Of a stretch of 64,000 bases of DNA, positions 19,959 to 30,429 are shown in pieces. The translations under genes and the position numbers were made by a program. Position 1 is the stretch's first letter, and the number at the start of each line of letters is the position of its first letter. Location of the stretch: the sequence record SRR20825006_1611. One strand, 5' to 3'. Below the pieces are notes generated by a model, which worked only from the letters and a program-made list of their open reading frames with translations, was not told the DNA's origin and ran no database searches.

Positions 19959-20893
19959 GGGGCGTGATTACGGCAACAGCCCTCGGCATATGCGTGCTCG
20001 GTACGGGGGCTTGCGTGACCAGTGCAGCCTACAAGAACAAGGTCGAAGCCACCCACCCACCAATTGGTCGGTCCGTATCGGTAGGAACTGAGACTGTGCA
20101 TGTCATTCAGCGTGGAGAGGCAGGCCCACCTGTCCTGATGATTCATGGTGCCAGTGCCAATGCTCGTGAGTTCACATGGACGCTCGCGCCTCGGCTGGAG
20201 GGCGCTTACCGCGTTCTGATGGCAGATCGGCCCGGGCACGGTTATTCCAGCCGCCCGGAAGACGCGCAGGATCTTGGCGTGCAAGCGACACAAATGGCGG
20301 GCGTGTTGGACCAACTCGCACCGGACGAAAAAGCCATTTTGGTCGGCCATTCCTTTGGTGGGGCCGTTGCCCTGCGCGTGGCGCTGGACCGGCCTGATCT
20401 TGTAAAAGGGCTCGTCCTGCTCGCGCCGGTGACCCATGATTGGGGCGGAGGCGGTCAGGCATGGTACAACTCGTTCGCTGCTCAGCCAGTCGTTGGTCCT
20501 GTGTTCAGCCAGCTCTTGCCATTGGTTGGCCCTGGCCAACTTGCCCGAGGGATTGACGGCGTCTTCGAGCCAGCACCTGTGCCGGACAATTACTCTGAAA
20601 ATTCCGCCATCGGACTTCTGTTTCGCCCGCCAAACTTCCGGGCCAATGCCCGTGATGTGAAGGCGCTGGAAGATCAGCTGGCCGCGCAGTCCAGACGCTA
20701 TGGTGAACTGGAAGTGCCAATCACGGTGTTCTCTGGCAGCGGCGATACCGTGATTTCCCCAAAACTTCATGTAGGTGAATTGAAGAAACAGGTGCCAGTG
20801 GATCTCGTGATCCTGCCGCATGAGGGGCACATGCCACACCATGGCGAAGGTGCAGCTGTTGCTGATGCCATTCGCCGTCTGGCCAGCGAGTGA
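19955..20893 (+). CDS. alpha/beta hydrolase
   Basis: IHGAS, DRPGHG, GHSFGG, GHMP. Confidence 0.9.
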   Translation: MRGVITATALGICVLGTGACVTSAAYKNKVEATHPPIGRSVSVGTETVHVIQRGEAGPPVLMIHGASANAREFTWTLAPRLEGAYRVLMADRPGHGYSSRPEDAQDLGVQATQMAGVLDQLAPDEKAILVGHSFGGAVALRVALDRPDLVKGLVLLAPVTHDWGGGGQAWYNSFAAQPVVGPVFSQLLPLVGPGQLARGIDGVFEPAPVPDNYSENSAIGLLFRPPNFRANARDVKALEDQLAAQSRRYGELEVPITVFSGSGDTVISPKLHVGELKKQVPVDLVILPHEGHMPHHGEGAAVADAIRRLASE

Positions 20894-20947
20894 AACTCCC
20901 GCTAAGACGCGCCTTCTTTTCCGATCCCGATTACCAAGGAGCCTCTC

Positions 20948-21211
20948 ATGGACGACGAAGCCTCGATCACCCATCTCACCGAAGCGACCCGCGAGAAACT
21001 CCGCCAGACCGTCGCCAAGATCGAGCGTCTGGAAGAGGAGAAGAAGGAAGTTGCCGAGCAGATCAAGGAAATCTACGCTGAGGCGAAGGCTTTCGGTTTT
21101 GATACCAAGGCACTGCGTCAGGTGATCAAGCTGCGCAAGGTCGACCGGGCCGAGCGCGAAGAACAGGAAATGGTGCTCGACACCTACCTGCTGGCACTTG
21201 GCGAAGCCTGA
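20948..21211 (+). CDS. gapR: DUF2312 / GapR nucleoid-associated protein
   Basis: IERLEEEK..VAEQIKEIYAEAK..GFD.K.LRQVI pattern. Confidence 0.88.
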   Translation: MDDEASITHLTEATREKLRQTVAKIERLEEEKKEVAEQIKEIYAEAKAFGFDTKALRQVIKLRKVDRAEREEQEMVLDTYLLALGEA

Positions 21212-21253
21212 CCCGGTTTGCCTCCGGCACAATAATCACCATATTCTCTGCCA

Positions 21254-21772
21254 ATGGGCCGAGATGTCGACGAACGCAAGAAACGCGCAGCGCTCCGTAA
21301 ACTACGGAAGGCGGCGGCATTGGCTGAGCAGGGGCTTGGTCCGCCCTTGTCTGACTGGGAAAAACAATTCCTTGAAGAGGTCGAGGAGCGAATCGAGACC
21401 TATGGGTCTGCGTTTGCAGATCCTTTGAAAGGGAGCGACGGCGAAGCCCTTTCCAGCCTGCAGCAGATGAAGCTGAAGGAAATTGACAAGAAAGCTCGTG
21501 GAAAGGCCAAGACTGGCTTCGGCGCAAAGAAAAAGCCCGGTGGCTTCAACAAGCGGCCGACGCCGCGTGTGCGCCAGTTGGATGATGATCTGACGGAAGA
21601 CCCGGCCCCTCGACATTCTGAGCCGCCCACCCGGAGCTTGCCGAAATTGGTCCGTGCGTCGGAGTTGACGCCTGTGGAGCCCACCTCTCCTGTCTCGGGA
21701 TCTCCCGAAGATGAATCGCCGAAGAAACGTCCCGCCTTCCGGGTCATTGAAGGTGGAAAGCAGACCGAGTAA
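21254..21772 (+). CDS. hypothetical protein
   Basis: fills gap; C-terminal FRVIEGGK tail typical of alphaproteobacterial proteins. Confidence 0.75.
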   Translation: MGRDVDERKKRAALRKLRKAAALAEQGLGPPLSDWEKQFLEEVEERIETYGSAFADPLKGSDGEALSSLQQMKLKEIDKKARGKAKTGFGAKKKPGGFNKRPTPRVRQLDDDLTEDPAPRHSEPPTRSLPKLVRASELTPVEPTSPVSGSPEDESPKKRPAFRVIEGGKQTE

Positions 21773-21833
21773 ACCCGAACACGAGTTTGATGCGTATAGT
21801 TTCCATATTCCCCGAATTGGAAGGACGACCCGC

Positions 21834-22694
21834 ATGAAGACCGTTGTAATCACAGGTGCATCGACCGGTATTGGCGAAGCGACCGCGCTCTACCTCGCAA
21901 AGCATGGGTGGCGCGTCTATGCCGGGGTCAGAAAGCAGTCCGATGCCGATGCGCTATCCGCGAGCTCCGAAGGGGATATTCGCCCGCTTATTCTGGATGT
22001 GACGAGGCAGGAGCATTTGGAGACCGCTGTGCGGACTGTGTCCGAAACCCTGAAGGGCGAGACGCTCACGGGTTTGGTCAACAATGCAGGTATCGCAAAT
22101 ATGGGGCCGCTCGCGATTCAACCGCTTGATGATTTCAAGGCCCATTTCGAGGTCAATGTTTTCGGCCTGTTGCGCGCATCTCAAGCCTTCGCGCCACTGC
22201 TTGGGATGGACAAGACTCGCACCGGTGCTCCCGGTCGGATTGTCAACATCACCAGCGTGGGTGGTCGCATTTCGGCACCCTTCCTTGGGGCCTACACGGC
22301 CACTAAGCATGCCGTTGAAGCGATCACAGACACGTTGCGCCGGGAACTGGTGATCTTCGGCATTGATGCCATTGCCGTGGGGCCGGGATCAGTGAAAACG
22401 CCGATTTGGGATAAGGCAGAGGAAGCCAATTCAGATGGCCCCTATTCTGGAAGTGCCTGGTCGGACGCGTTGAAGCAATTTGAGCAGGTGATGCTGAAGG
22501 GGGGGCGCGACGGCTTGCCGCCTGAACAAATTGCGAAAGTCATCGAAATTGCGTTGGAGGACGCCACTCCCAGGGCGCGTTATTCCCCTGTGCCGAACAA
22601 GCTGACGAATTGGTACATTCCGACGCTGCTGCCCAAGCGTGTTCTGGATGGGGTCTTCCGCAAGCGATTCGGCATGACGAAGCCCGGCAAGTAA
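21834..22694 (+). CDS. SDR family oxidoreductase
   Basis: TGASTGIG, NNAG, YTATK. Confidence 0.93.
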   Translation: MKTVVITGASTGIGEATALYLAKHGWRVYAGVRKQSDADALSASSEGDIRPLILDVTRQEHLETAVRTVSETLKGETLTGLVNNAGIANMGPLAIQPLDDFKAHFEVNVFGLLRASQAFAPLLGMDKTRTGAPGRIVNITSVGGRISAPFLGAYTATKHAVEAITDTLRRELVIFGIDAIAVGPGSVKTPIWDKAEEANSDGPYSGSAWSDALKQFEQVMLKGGRDGLPPEQIAKVIEIALEDATPRARYSPVPNKLTNWYIPTLLPKRVLDGVFRKRFGMTKPGK

Positions 22695-22772
22695 ATTTTC
22701 CTGCGGGCATTGACGAACCGCGGGGAAGGGGCGCGCATTCTCCTGAAAAACGAAAACGGGAGGAATACGCAC

Positions 22773-23645
22773 ATGGCCAATCTTGACGGCAAAGTCGCCA
22801 TCATCACGGGAGGGGCGAGCGGCATCGGTCTTGCGGGAGTCGAGACGTTTGTTGCGGCTGGCGCGAAAGTTGTTGCTGGAGACATTCAGGACGAGAAGGG
22901 CATGGCGCTTCAGACGCGCTTTGGCGACGACAAGGTCCTGTTTGTCCATTGCGACGTGACGGACATGGCCGAACTGGAAGGTATCATGGGCAAGGCCGTC
23001 GACCATTTCGGACGGTTGGACATTCTCTGGAATAATGCGGGGCATGGTGGCACGCCGGATTCGGTGGAGGAACTGGATCTTGATGCCTATGACCAAACCA
23101 TGTCTCTCCTTCTGAAACAGGTCTTTGCCGGAACCAAGTTTGCTGTTCCACACATGAAGGAAAATGGCGGCGCTATTATCAACACGTCTTCAATCAGCGC
23201 CGTATGCGCCGGATATGCGCCAATCACCTACTCTGTTGCCAAGAAGGGGGTGGCACATTTCTCCAAATTGGCGGCTGCAGAGCTCTCCAAGTATGGCATT
23301 CGCGTGAATGCGGTCCTGCCGGGCTTTATCGCGACCTCGATCTTCGGCGCGTCGCTCGGCTTGCCGCGCGAGCAGGCAGACCAGATGGCGGCCATGCTGG
23401 TCGAAGCAGGTGGCAGCATGCAGCCAGCTGGCCGGGTTGGCAAAGGTGAAGACATTGCCGAAATGGCAGCCTTCCTCGCCTCCGACGCAGCGAGCTTCAT
23501 TACGGGCGGCGAATTCCTCGTGGATGGCGGCATGACGGTCGGTCCACGTCATTCTTGGGACGAGGCCGCCGGCGGTCCACTCCTGGATGCGCTTGGTATC
23601 ACGCCGGAACAAGCCGAACAGATGCGGGAACAGATGAACAGCTAG
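22773..23645 (+). CDS. SDR family oxidoreductase
   Basis: TGGASGIG, NNAG, YSVAK, VDGG. Confidence 0.93.
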   Translation: MANLDGKVAIITGGASGIGLAGVETFVAAGAKVVAGDIQDEKGMALQTRFGDDKVLFVHCDVTDMAELEGIMGKAVDHFGRLDILWNNAGHGGTPDSVEELDLDAYDQTMSLLLKQVFAGTKFAVPHMKENGGAIINTSSISAVCAGYAPITYSVAKKGVAHFSKLAAAELSKYGIRVNAVLPGFIATSIFGASLGLPREQADQMAAMLVEAGGSMQPAGRVGKGEDIAEMAAFLASDAASFITGGEFLVDGGMTVGPRHSWDEAAGGPLLDALGITPEQAEQMREQMNS

Positions 23646-23660
23646 GTCGTTGGTGAGGCG

Positions 23661-23948
23661 CTACGGGTCTTCCGTTAGCGCCTCAAGGCCTGGAATCAGC
23701 TCCACTTTTTTCAGTAGGGCGGGGAGTGTTTTTGCACGAGCGACCGGACGACCTCGCTCGTCGGCTATGACAAAGCCGGTTTTTGACTTAGTGAGCGGGA
23801 ACCGGCGCCAATGTGCGCGAGTCCTGAATATCCAGACTTGGTCAGGTTCGCTCCCTGAAGCGGCCCAGCCGGTCCACATGTGATCGGCTGGCAATTCCCG
23901 CCAAAGACGGTCGATCTCGTCAATTTCGGAAGGCGTAAAACAGCCCAT
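23661..23948 (-). CDS. hypothetical protein
   Basis: fills gap; globular-looking composition. Confidence 0.6.
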   Translation of the reverse strand: MGCFTPSEIDEIDRLWRELPADHMWTGWAASGSEPDQVWIFRTRAHWRRFPLTKSKTGFVIADERGRPVARAKTLPALLKKVELIPGLEALTEDP

Positions 23949-24882
23949 GGATTCTCGCCCCGATCAGTCTCAGCAGACAGACCTAGAGGTGGGGCCCGCA
24001 CCGCGCAATATTGAAGGCGCGCTCTGGATGCTGGCCTCCGGGGCCACCTTCACCGTGTTCCTCACGCTTTCCAAGGTCCAGTCTGCAACCTTCGATCCAG
24101 GCTTCCTTGCCTTCTGGCGCTCTGGCGTTGCGTTGATCGTCGTCATTCCGGTTATCCTGCAACAGGGCTGGAGTGTGATGAAAATTCACCAGCCGGGTCT
24201 TATCTTGCTGCGCAGCCTGTTCGGGACGCTTGGCTTTGCCCTCGGCTTCTATGCCGTGTCGGACGCGGTTGGCCTGCCGCTCTCCGAATTCAATGCGATC
24301 AGTTTTTCCCGGGCCATGTTCGTCACCTTTCTCGCGGCCTTCATCCTGAAGGAACGGGTCGGTGTGCATCGTTGGGGCGCCACAATCGCCGGATGTGTCG
24401 GGGTCATGATCATGATGCAGCCCCAACTCGGTATTAGTCTGGGCATGGTCCTCGCCGTATCGGCGGCGTTCTGTCTGGCTGGGGCGATCACACTTGTGAA
24501 ATCTCTGACGCGCCTGCACAGGCCGGTGACCCTGTTAATCTGGGCAAACCTTCTGTCGTCGATCCTGTTATTGCCGCTCGCCATCCTGACGTGGCCGGAC
24601 GTGGCGCCCTCTGTCATCGACTGGTCCTGGATCGGTCTGATGGGCGTATGCGGTGTGACCGGCCAGTACTTCTACATTCGCGGCATGAGCGTTGGCGATG
24701 CATCTTTCCTGTCGCCGATCGACTATATGCGTCGGCCGATGGCAGCACTGGTCGATTGGGGTCTGTTCCACATGCTGCCGGGCTTCTGGACCTGGGTGGG
24801 CACTGCAATCATCATTGGAGCCACCCTGTACATCACAATCCGGGAACAGCGCCTGCGCCGGCTGGCCGCGCCGCCGCTCTAG
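23947..24882 (+). CDS. DMT/EamA family transporter
   Basis: about 10 TM; LKERVG motif; true start may be GTG at 23989. Confidence 0.88.
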   Translation: MDSRPDQSQQTDLEVGPAPRNIEGALWMLASGATFTVFLTLSKVQSATFDPGFLAFWRSGVALIVVIPVILQQGWSVMKIHQPGLILLRSLFGTLGFALGFYAVSDAVGLPLSEFNAISFSRAMFVTFLAAFILKERVGVHRWGATIAGCVGVMIMMQPQLGISLGMVLAVSAAFCLAGAITLVKSLTRLHRPVTLLIWANLLSSILLLPLAILTWPDVAPSVIDWSWIGLMGVCGVTGQYFYIRGMSVGDASFLSPIDYMRRPMAALVDWGLFHMLPGFWTWVGTAIIIGATLYITIREQRLRRLAAPPL

Positions 24883-24883
24883 G

Positions 24884-25414
24884 TCAGGCGACTTCGGGTG
24901 AATGAACGGCGCCGCGGAACGTCGCGCCTGCCGCGATGAAGCTGAACAGCGCCATGATGGCAGAGACCACGCCATTCCAGCCCGCCATGGAAAGGCCGAG
25001 AATGTAGAAAGGCGCATCCGTGCAGGACGGCACATGCATCGGCTTGCTGAAGTCCTGAATCGCCATTGGATCGATCACCCCTTCACCGGAACAACCATCT
25101 GGTGGCGGCAGCAGGCCCCACTCGACACCGGAATGGTAGAAGGCAACCACAACACCGACGACAAAGACGAGTCCGATCATCATGTTGAGTGCGACCAGGA
25201 ACCGGCGTTTCGGGATCCATCGCCAGAGCACAAGGCCCGTCAGCGTCATCGCGATCAGCGCCCAATAGACTTCCCGCTGCCGCAGGCAGAGTGGGCAGGG
25301 AGGCAGGCCGCCAAAAGTCTCAAACGCGTGGGCGGCTGCCAACATGAAGGCGGACGCCGCCACGGCCACCGCGGGCCACTTCCAGTCTTTCAGGAGAGAT
25401 CGCATGAAATCCAT
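24884..25414 (-). CDS. disulfide bond formation protein B family
   Basis: PCPLCLRQR, second Cys pair, LGLSMAGWN. Confidence 0.9.
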   Translation of the reverse strand: MDFMRSLLKDWKWPAVAVAASAFMLAAAHAFETFGGLPPCPLCLRQREVYWALIAMTLTGLVLWRWIPKRRFLVALNMMIGLVFVVGVVVAFYHSGVEWGLLPPPDGCSGEGVIDPMAIQDFSKPMHVPSCTDAPFYILGLSMAGWNGVVSAIMALFSFIAAGATFRGAVHSPEVA

Positions 25415-25479
25415 GCTTCAGCTAAAACCGGACTGCGTCGTGACCACAATGCGGCGCAAGGTCACTTTGCCGTTATTTA

Positions 25480-26085
25480 TCATCCAAACAGGCTGACCGC
25501 ACCGAGCATCACAGCGCCTATCAGACCGCTGACCCAGGCTGTTCCTATGATCAGGCCGCCAATCACCATCAAGCCGTCTTTCTGCATGAGACCAAAAGAC
25601 GCTATGGCCACGGCAAAGCCCGGCACCGTGTTGGTCATCGGCAACGGCACGAGGATTGACGCGCAGAATATGCATAGAAACAGGCCAATGACGCGCTCCG
25701 ACCGCTTGCCGGTAATGACGGTCAGGCGCGGGCGTACAATGTGCTCGATCCAGCCGAGCCATTTGCGGCCGCCAGACGCCATCTGGGTAAGGCCATTGCG
25801 ATCAATGTGGCGATTGGCGAGCTTGTCCGGCATCCAGGGCTGCTCGCGGCCCATCGCCATTTGGGCCGCCAGGGCCATCATGGGCAAGGATACGACCTGC
25901 GGCACCCCATAAAGAAACGGAATGCAACAAGGAAGGGCAAGCAGGAACAGGCCAGCGCCAAATGCACTCTCATCCAGTTGATCAAAGATTTCCCGCAGCG
26001 AGAACCCGTTCTCGGGCGCACCTGCGGCAAGCGCTTCGATGGTCTGCAACAGGGTTTTTTCGGTCGGAATCTTGGTGGAAGACAT
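25480..26085 (-). CDS. ExoD family protein
   Basis: PWMP, RPRL, PLPMTNTVP, KDG motifs. Confidence 0.88.
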   Translation of the reverse strand: MSSTKIPTEKTLLQTIEALAAGAPENGFSLREIFDQLDESAFGAGLFLLALPCCIPFLYGVPQVVSLPMMALAAQMAMGREQPWMPDKLANRHIDRNGLTQMASGGRKWLGWIEHIVRPRLTVITGKRSERVIGLFLCIFCASILVPLPMTNTVPGFAVAIASFGLMQKDGLMVIGGLIIGTAWVSGLIGAVMLGAVSLFG

Positions 26086-26174
26086 GCCTAAGCTGTTAGA
26101 TGTCTTTGATCGCTACGTCGAGTAGATTGACAGGAGGCCCAGCTATGCGGCAGGAGAAGCGCTCCCTGCAAAGG

Positions 26175-26261
26175 GCCTCTGTGGCGGAACTGGTAGACGC
26201 GACGGATTCAAAATCCGTTTCTGGTGACAGAGTGCCGGTTCGAGTCCGGCCAGAGGTACCA
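26175..26261 (+). tRNA. tRNA-Leu (CAA)
   Basis: acceptor GCCTCTG/CAGAGGT-A-CCA; anticodon arm ACGGA-TTCAAAA-TCCGT; long variable arm; GGTTCGAGTCC. Confidence 0.96.
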
Positions 26262-26588
26262 ATTGCATAGGACGCGCGCTGATCCTTTTATGGGTAACTG
26301 GTCTGGCTTGCGAACTCACATTTTGACAGCGACCCTAAAATTTCTCTGTGAACGAAATTCGCTTGGTTCCAACGCAAGATGACGGGTGCTTACTCGACTG
26401 AGGGCGGTCCATCGCAAACCGTAGTAAATTCTACAGCATGCGGTCCTGATCCGGTGTTCGGCGCTTTGCTGAAACGATCGGATTCTGGGGCAATCAAAAC
26501 ATGAGCAACCTCGTCCCGCGCGAATGCCGATCTCTCGCCAGACCGCCTGATTAACCTGACGATCATCTGTTTTTGCAATCAATTGCAG

Positions 26589-26620
26589 ACGCTGGATTAA
26601 ACCTGAATCCAGCGTGGAGG
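26589..26620 (+). promoter_or_regulatory. perfect 10-bp inverted repeat abutting a GGAGG RBS
   Basis: ACGCTGGATT-N7-AATCCAGCGT then GGAGG. Confidence 0.5.
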
Positions 26621-26630
26621 ACATGCGATC

Positions 26631-26729
26631 ATGAAACTTGGAACGCTATTCTTGCGGCTCACACTGGAGCGCCGCGCGTGCACCGCGACGTGCGAGCAAG
26701 CCGGCCTGAGAGTCGGGATACTTTCATGA
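26631..26729 (+). CDS. putative 32-aa upstream ORF
   Basis: GGAGG upstream; MKLGTLFLRLTLERRACTATCEQAGLRVGILS; ATGA overlap with next gene. Confidence 0.35.
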   Translation: MKLGTLFLRLTLERRACTATCEQAGLRVGILS

Positions 26730-27817
26730 TCGAACTGGTGCTTCTCGACCAAGCGATTCCTGCCATGCCGTCGCCTGTTCAGGCGGACCTTCGCAGCTTG
26801 TATGCGCAGGGCGTGGAAGCGAGGTTCGCCGGACGTTTCGACGAGGCTCTTGGAATGTTCGAAGCGTTGCTCGCCACAAATCCTGAAGACGTAGACTCCC
26901 GTTTGAACGCGGCACTCTGCCTGATCGCACTGGAACGCCTTGATGAGGCCGAAAGCGAACTCGAACACGTCATTGATCAAGCTCCCGACTATGTGGATGC
27001 CTATACCGCGCTGGCGCGCGTGCGCAGAATGAAGGGAGACGCACAAGGTTCCCATGAGTTTATCGACGCTGCAGAAACCTTGTCGTCCGATCATGCCGAC
27101 TACGCTGCCATGCGCGAACAGGCATCCCGGCAGGATCGCAATCGTATTACGACGAATTTGACAGCAAGCCGCAGCAGTTTGACGAAGGACTTGCCGGACT
27201 GGACCAGCCTGTCCCCGGCAGTGGCAGTCCGAGTATCAGATACGCTTACACTCAGTGCCTCCGCGCTATACGCCGAGCGCTTCGACCGCTCGAACACGAA
27301 TGTGCACATCGGCGCCGCAAAGCGTACGGGGTTCGGGCATGTCCGAATGGAAATCGGGGGAGGGACCAACACGACCTTCCTGCCCAACACCACAGTTCTC
27401 GTTGGCGCAGGTGTTGCCACGCACTATCCGGGCCTGGAACTCCTGTCGGACATCAGAACTTCAGAATACCAGAGCGGCCGGGTGACGTCCTTTCTTCCGG
27501 GCGCCCAGTACACTTTCGCTGGCGAGGCTGCGGAGATTGAAGTGCGGTACATCAACGTGCGAGACGAGAACGACCAGCATCGCTCAGGCTATCGTATGCG
27601 CTCGACTTTCAGGCCGACAGGACCTTGGGCGGTGCATCTCTATTACGCCGACGCACCGGAAAGTTCTGATGGCGCAACAGTGGAAGTGCAGTCCTATGCG
27701 GCGGGACTGGAAATGCGCTTCGGTCGAACCACCGCGCTACGCCTGACGGCCGGCAAGGAACTTCGCACTGCCTACGATCGCACAGATATCTCCCTTTCGC
27801 TTGCGCGGAGTTTTTGA
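26726..27817 (+). CDS. TPR + YaiO-family outer-membrane beta-barrel protein
   Basis: N-terminal TPRs; amphipathic beta strands; FLP motif; C-terminal Phe; start uncertain. Confidence 0.75.
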   Translation: MIELVLLDQAIPAMPSPVQADLRSLYAQGVEARFAGRFDEALGMFEALLATNPEDVDSRLNAALCLIALERLDEAESELEHVIDQAPDYVDAYTALARVRRMKGDAQGSHEFIDAAETLSSDHADYAAMREQASRQDRNRITTNLTASRSSLTKDLPDWTSLSPAVAVRVSDTLTLSASALYAERFDRSNTNVHIGAAKRTGFGHVRMEIGGGTNTTFLPNTTVLVGAGVATHYPGLELLSDIRTSEYQSGRVTSFLPGAQYTFAGEAAEIEVRYINVRDENDQHRSGYRMRSTFRPTGPWAVHLYYADAPESSDGATVEVQSYAAGLEMRFGRTTALRLTAGKELRTAYDRTDISLSLARSF

Positions 27818-28881
27818 GGGTGAATTATCTCATCCTGATATGGCAGATTGCATGCGTATTGGTGCTTGCGTCCCTACTGTGGATGATCACGCTGATACTT
27901 CTTCGGATTATCCGTACGCACAGGCAGTCACTCTACACAAAGCAACGCCAACAGATTCTGGAGGCAATGGCGCAAATCCTGTGGGATGAAAAGGGTGAGG
28001 CCGCGATTCCCGACGAGACCCTCTGGAAATCCCCCATGGTGCCGGAAGTCTTTCTTGAATTCGTTGCGCTGGTTAGAGGCGAAGAGCGCGACCGTCTGAT
28101 CGCGCGGATGGTCAGGTACCGGGTGGACGATGAATTCCGCCGCCTCTTGCGACATCGGTTCAGATTTGTTCGGCACGCTGCCGTTGAGGCACTGGCCTAT
28201 TTTCCCGGCCTGCCAACGGCCAAAGCCGTTGACTCGCTGGTGGAGCGGTCAGCAAACCATGATCTTCGCATCGCTGGAATACGAACGCTGGTCGCCGTTG
28301 GTGCCTATCCAACAGTGCCGGATGTCATGCGTGAATTCTCGAAACTGAACGGCAGCACGCGTAGCCTGCAATCGGTTCTGTCGAAACTGGCACTGCACCG
28401 TTCACGGGACATCCTGGAATACCTCGGACGGCCCGGAGTTCCGGACCTCGAACGCGCGGCCTTGCTGTCCGCCTTGGGCGGGAGTGCGGATTACTCAGTC
28501 CTTAATATTCTCGAAGCGGCGCTCTCCAGCGATGTGCCCCTGATCCGTGTCGCGGCACTCGACGGACTTGCAAGTCTGGAACACCCGGACGCTGCTCCGG
28601 CCATTGCCAGTTGCCTGAAGGATACCGACTGGAGTGTGCGCGCTGGCGCGGTGAAGACACTTTGTGAGATATCCTATGATACGTACGCGGCCCAGGTCGC
28701 GGACTTGCTTTCCGATCGCGTGTGGCTGGTCCAATTTGAAGCGGCGCAAGCTCTGGCCGACATGGGGGCGTCCGGTCGAGAGCTGCTGGAAGTGTCGGCA
28801 ATATCAAAGGGCAATGAAAGTGCGAACCGTACCGCAGCCCTGGCGCTTGCGGAGCTGAGTGCGATGGAGGCTGTCCAGTGA
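27814..28881 (+). CDS. membrane-anchored HEAT repeat protein
   Basis: N-terminal TM; DWSVRAGA and VWLVQFEAAQAL HEAT repeats. Confidence 0.85.
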   Translation: MRVNYLILIWQIACVLVLASLLWMITLILLRIIRTHRQSLYTKQRQQILEAMAQILWDEKGEAAIPDETLWKSPMVPEVFLEFVALVRGEERDRLIARMVRYRVDDEFRRLLRHRFRFVRHAAVEALAYFPGLPTAKAVDSLVERSANHDLRIAGIRTLVAVGAYPTVPDVMREFSKLNGSTRSLQSVLSKLALHRSRDILEYLGRPGVPDLERAALLSALGGSADYSVLNILEAALSSDVPLIRVAALDGLASLEHPDAAPAIASCLKDTDWSVRAGAVKTLCEISYDTYAAQVADLLSDRVWLVQFEAAQALADMGASGRELLEVSAISKGNESANRTAALALAELSAMEAVQ

Positions 28882-30287
28882 TGGAATCCGTTTTCATCGT
28901 TGCGAAATATGTGGGGCTGCTGGTTATCTTTGCCGGTGTTGTCCAGTACACTAATTATTTCGTCCAATTGCTGTTAGCGGCGTTCCAGCTGGCCAAATCG
29001 GGGCGTGCCGCGAAGGCTGACGCCCTTTGGCGCCGCTACTCGGATTCGGCGCCGCCCATCGCGATTCTCGTGCCGGCTTATAACGAAGAGAAAACTATTG
29101 TCGAAAGCCTTTCATCGCTGATGGCTATTCAGTATCCGAATTATGAGGTCATCATCATCAATGACGGAAGTTCGGATGCCACGCTGGAGGTGCTGAAAGA
29201 TGCGTTCAACCTTGTAGAAACTTCGCGCCTTTACTCCCCTTTGGCGCCGCACCAACCCATCAAGACGATTTACCGGTCCCAACATCAAAAGCGTCTTGTC
29301 GTGATCGACAAGGCAAATGGTGGAAAAGCCGATGCGCTGAACGCAGGTATCAACGTGTCCCGGGCACCTTTGTTTTGCTGCGTTGATGCAGATTCCGTTT
29401 TGGAGCCGGATGCGTTGTTGCGCACTGTGAAGCCGTTCATGGAAGACCCAGAGCGGACGATTGCGGTGGGGGGGACTGTCCGGATCGCCAATGGCAGTGT
29501 CATTCGGAACGGTCAGATACTGAAGGTGCAGTTGCCCAAGAAGATGCTCCCGCTCCTGCAGACGGTCGAATACCTGCGCGCCTTTCTGATGACCCGAATC
29601 GCTTGGAGCCGACTGAATACCGTGCTCATCATTTCAGGGGCCTTTGGCTTGTTCCGGCGCGACGCCGTCCTGAAGGTTGGCGGTTATAGTCTCGGGACGG
29701 TCGGTGAAGACATGGAGTTGGTGGTCAAACTGCACAGAACCCTCATAGAGCAAAAACAGGATTATCGTATCCGGTTCATCCCGGAGCCGGTCTGCTGGAC
29801 CGAGGCGCCCGAGACTCTAAGCGTTCTGCGCAATCAACGGGCCCGTTGGCAGCGTGGTACACTGGAAACATTTGAGCGTCACGGCATGATGGCGCTCAAT
29901 CCACGCTACGGATTGGTGGGTGTCCTGGGTTTCGGAAATGTGCTGATCACAGACGTAATTGGACCAGTCGTGGATGCTATCGGGTTCATCCTGTTTCCGA
30001 TATTGGCATTTACGGGCTCGCTTCCACTCGACTACTTCCTCGCCTATATCGCAGTGACGTCAGGCTTTGGATTGGCCATTTCTGTGGGTTCTCTTGCATT
30101 GGAAGAAGCGCAGCTGCGCCGTGTGCCCAAGGCATCTGACCTGGCGCTCTTGACGGCAATTTGTGTGTTGGAAAATCTTGGATACCGCCAGCTGAACAGC
30201 TTGTGGCGCGTTCAGGGGTGGGTTCAATATCTCAAGAGAAGCGGCTCTTGGGGCGTGATGACCCGGAAGGGGTTCACGGCAAGTTGA
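28878..30287 (+). CDS. processive GT2 glycosyltransferase (PgaC/IcaA-like)
   Basis: PAYNE, NDGS, GGKADALN, DAD, GED, QRARW; flanking TMs. Confidence 0.92.
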   Translation: MMESVFIVAKYVGLLVIFAGVVQYTNYFVQLLLAAFQLAKSGRAAKADALWRRYSDSAPPIAILVPAYNEEKTIVESLSSLMAIQYPNYEVIIINDGSSDATLEVLKDAFNLVETSRLYSPLAPHQPIKTIYRSQHQKRLVVIDKANGGKADALNAGINVSRAPLFCCVDADSVLEPDALLRTVKPFMEDPERTIAVGGTVRIANGSVIRNGQILKVQLPKKMLPLLQTVEYLRAFLMTRIAWSRLNTVLIISGAFGLFRRDAVLKVGGYSLGTVGEDMELVVKLHRTLIEQKQDYRIRFIPEPVCWTEAPETLSVLRNQRARWQRGTLETFERHGMMALNPRYGLVGVLGFGNVLITDVIGPVVDAIGFILFPILAFTGSLPLDYFLAYIAVTSGFGLAISVGSLALEEAQLRRVPKASDLALLTAICVLENLGYRQLNSLWRVQGWVQYLKRSGSWGVMTRKGFTAS

Positions 30288-30429
30288 TCGCTTGGGGGAG
30301 GTCGCACCTGCAAGAGCTGCAAAATGACCCGAGATAGATCAAATTCAATATAGTTCGTTTGACGGATGTTTATCGTAATTTGGCACACTGAGCTGAGTAA
30401 AAACCTCGCTTGCAGAAGGACTCTTGCAA

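Noticed and set aside
23946-23949. Divergent genes sharing a CATG start
   Set aside because: Probably a start-call artefact; the DMT has an in-frame GTG at 23989.
26316-26624. Minus-strand ORFs after the tRNA
   Set aside because: No recognisable motifs or convincing RBS.
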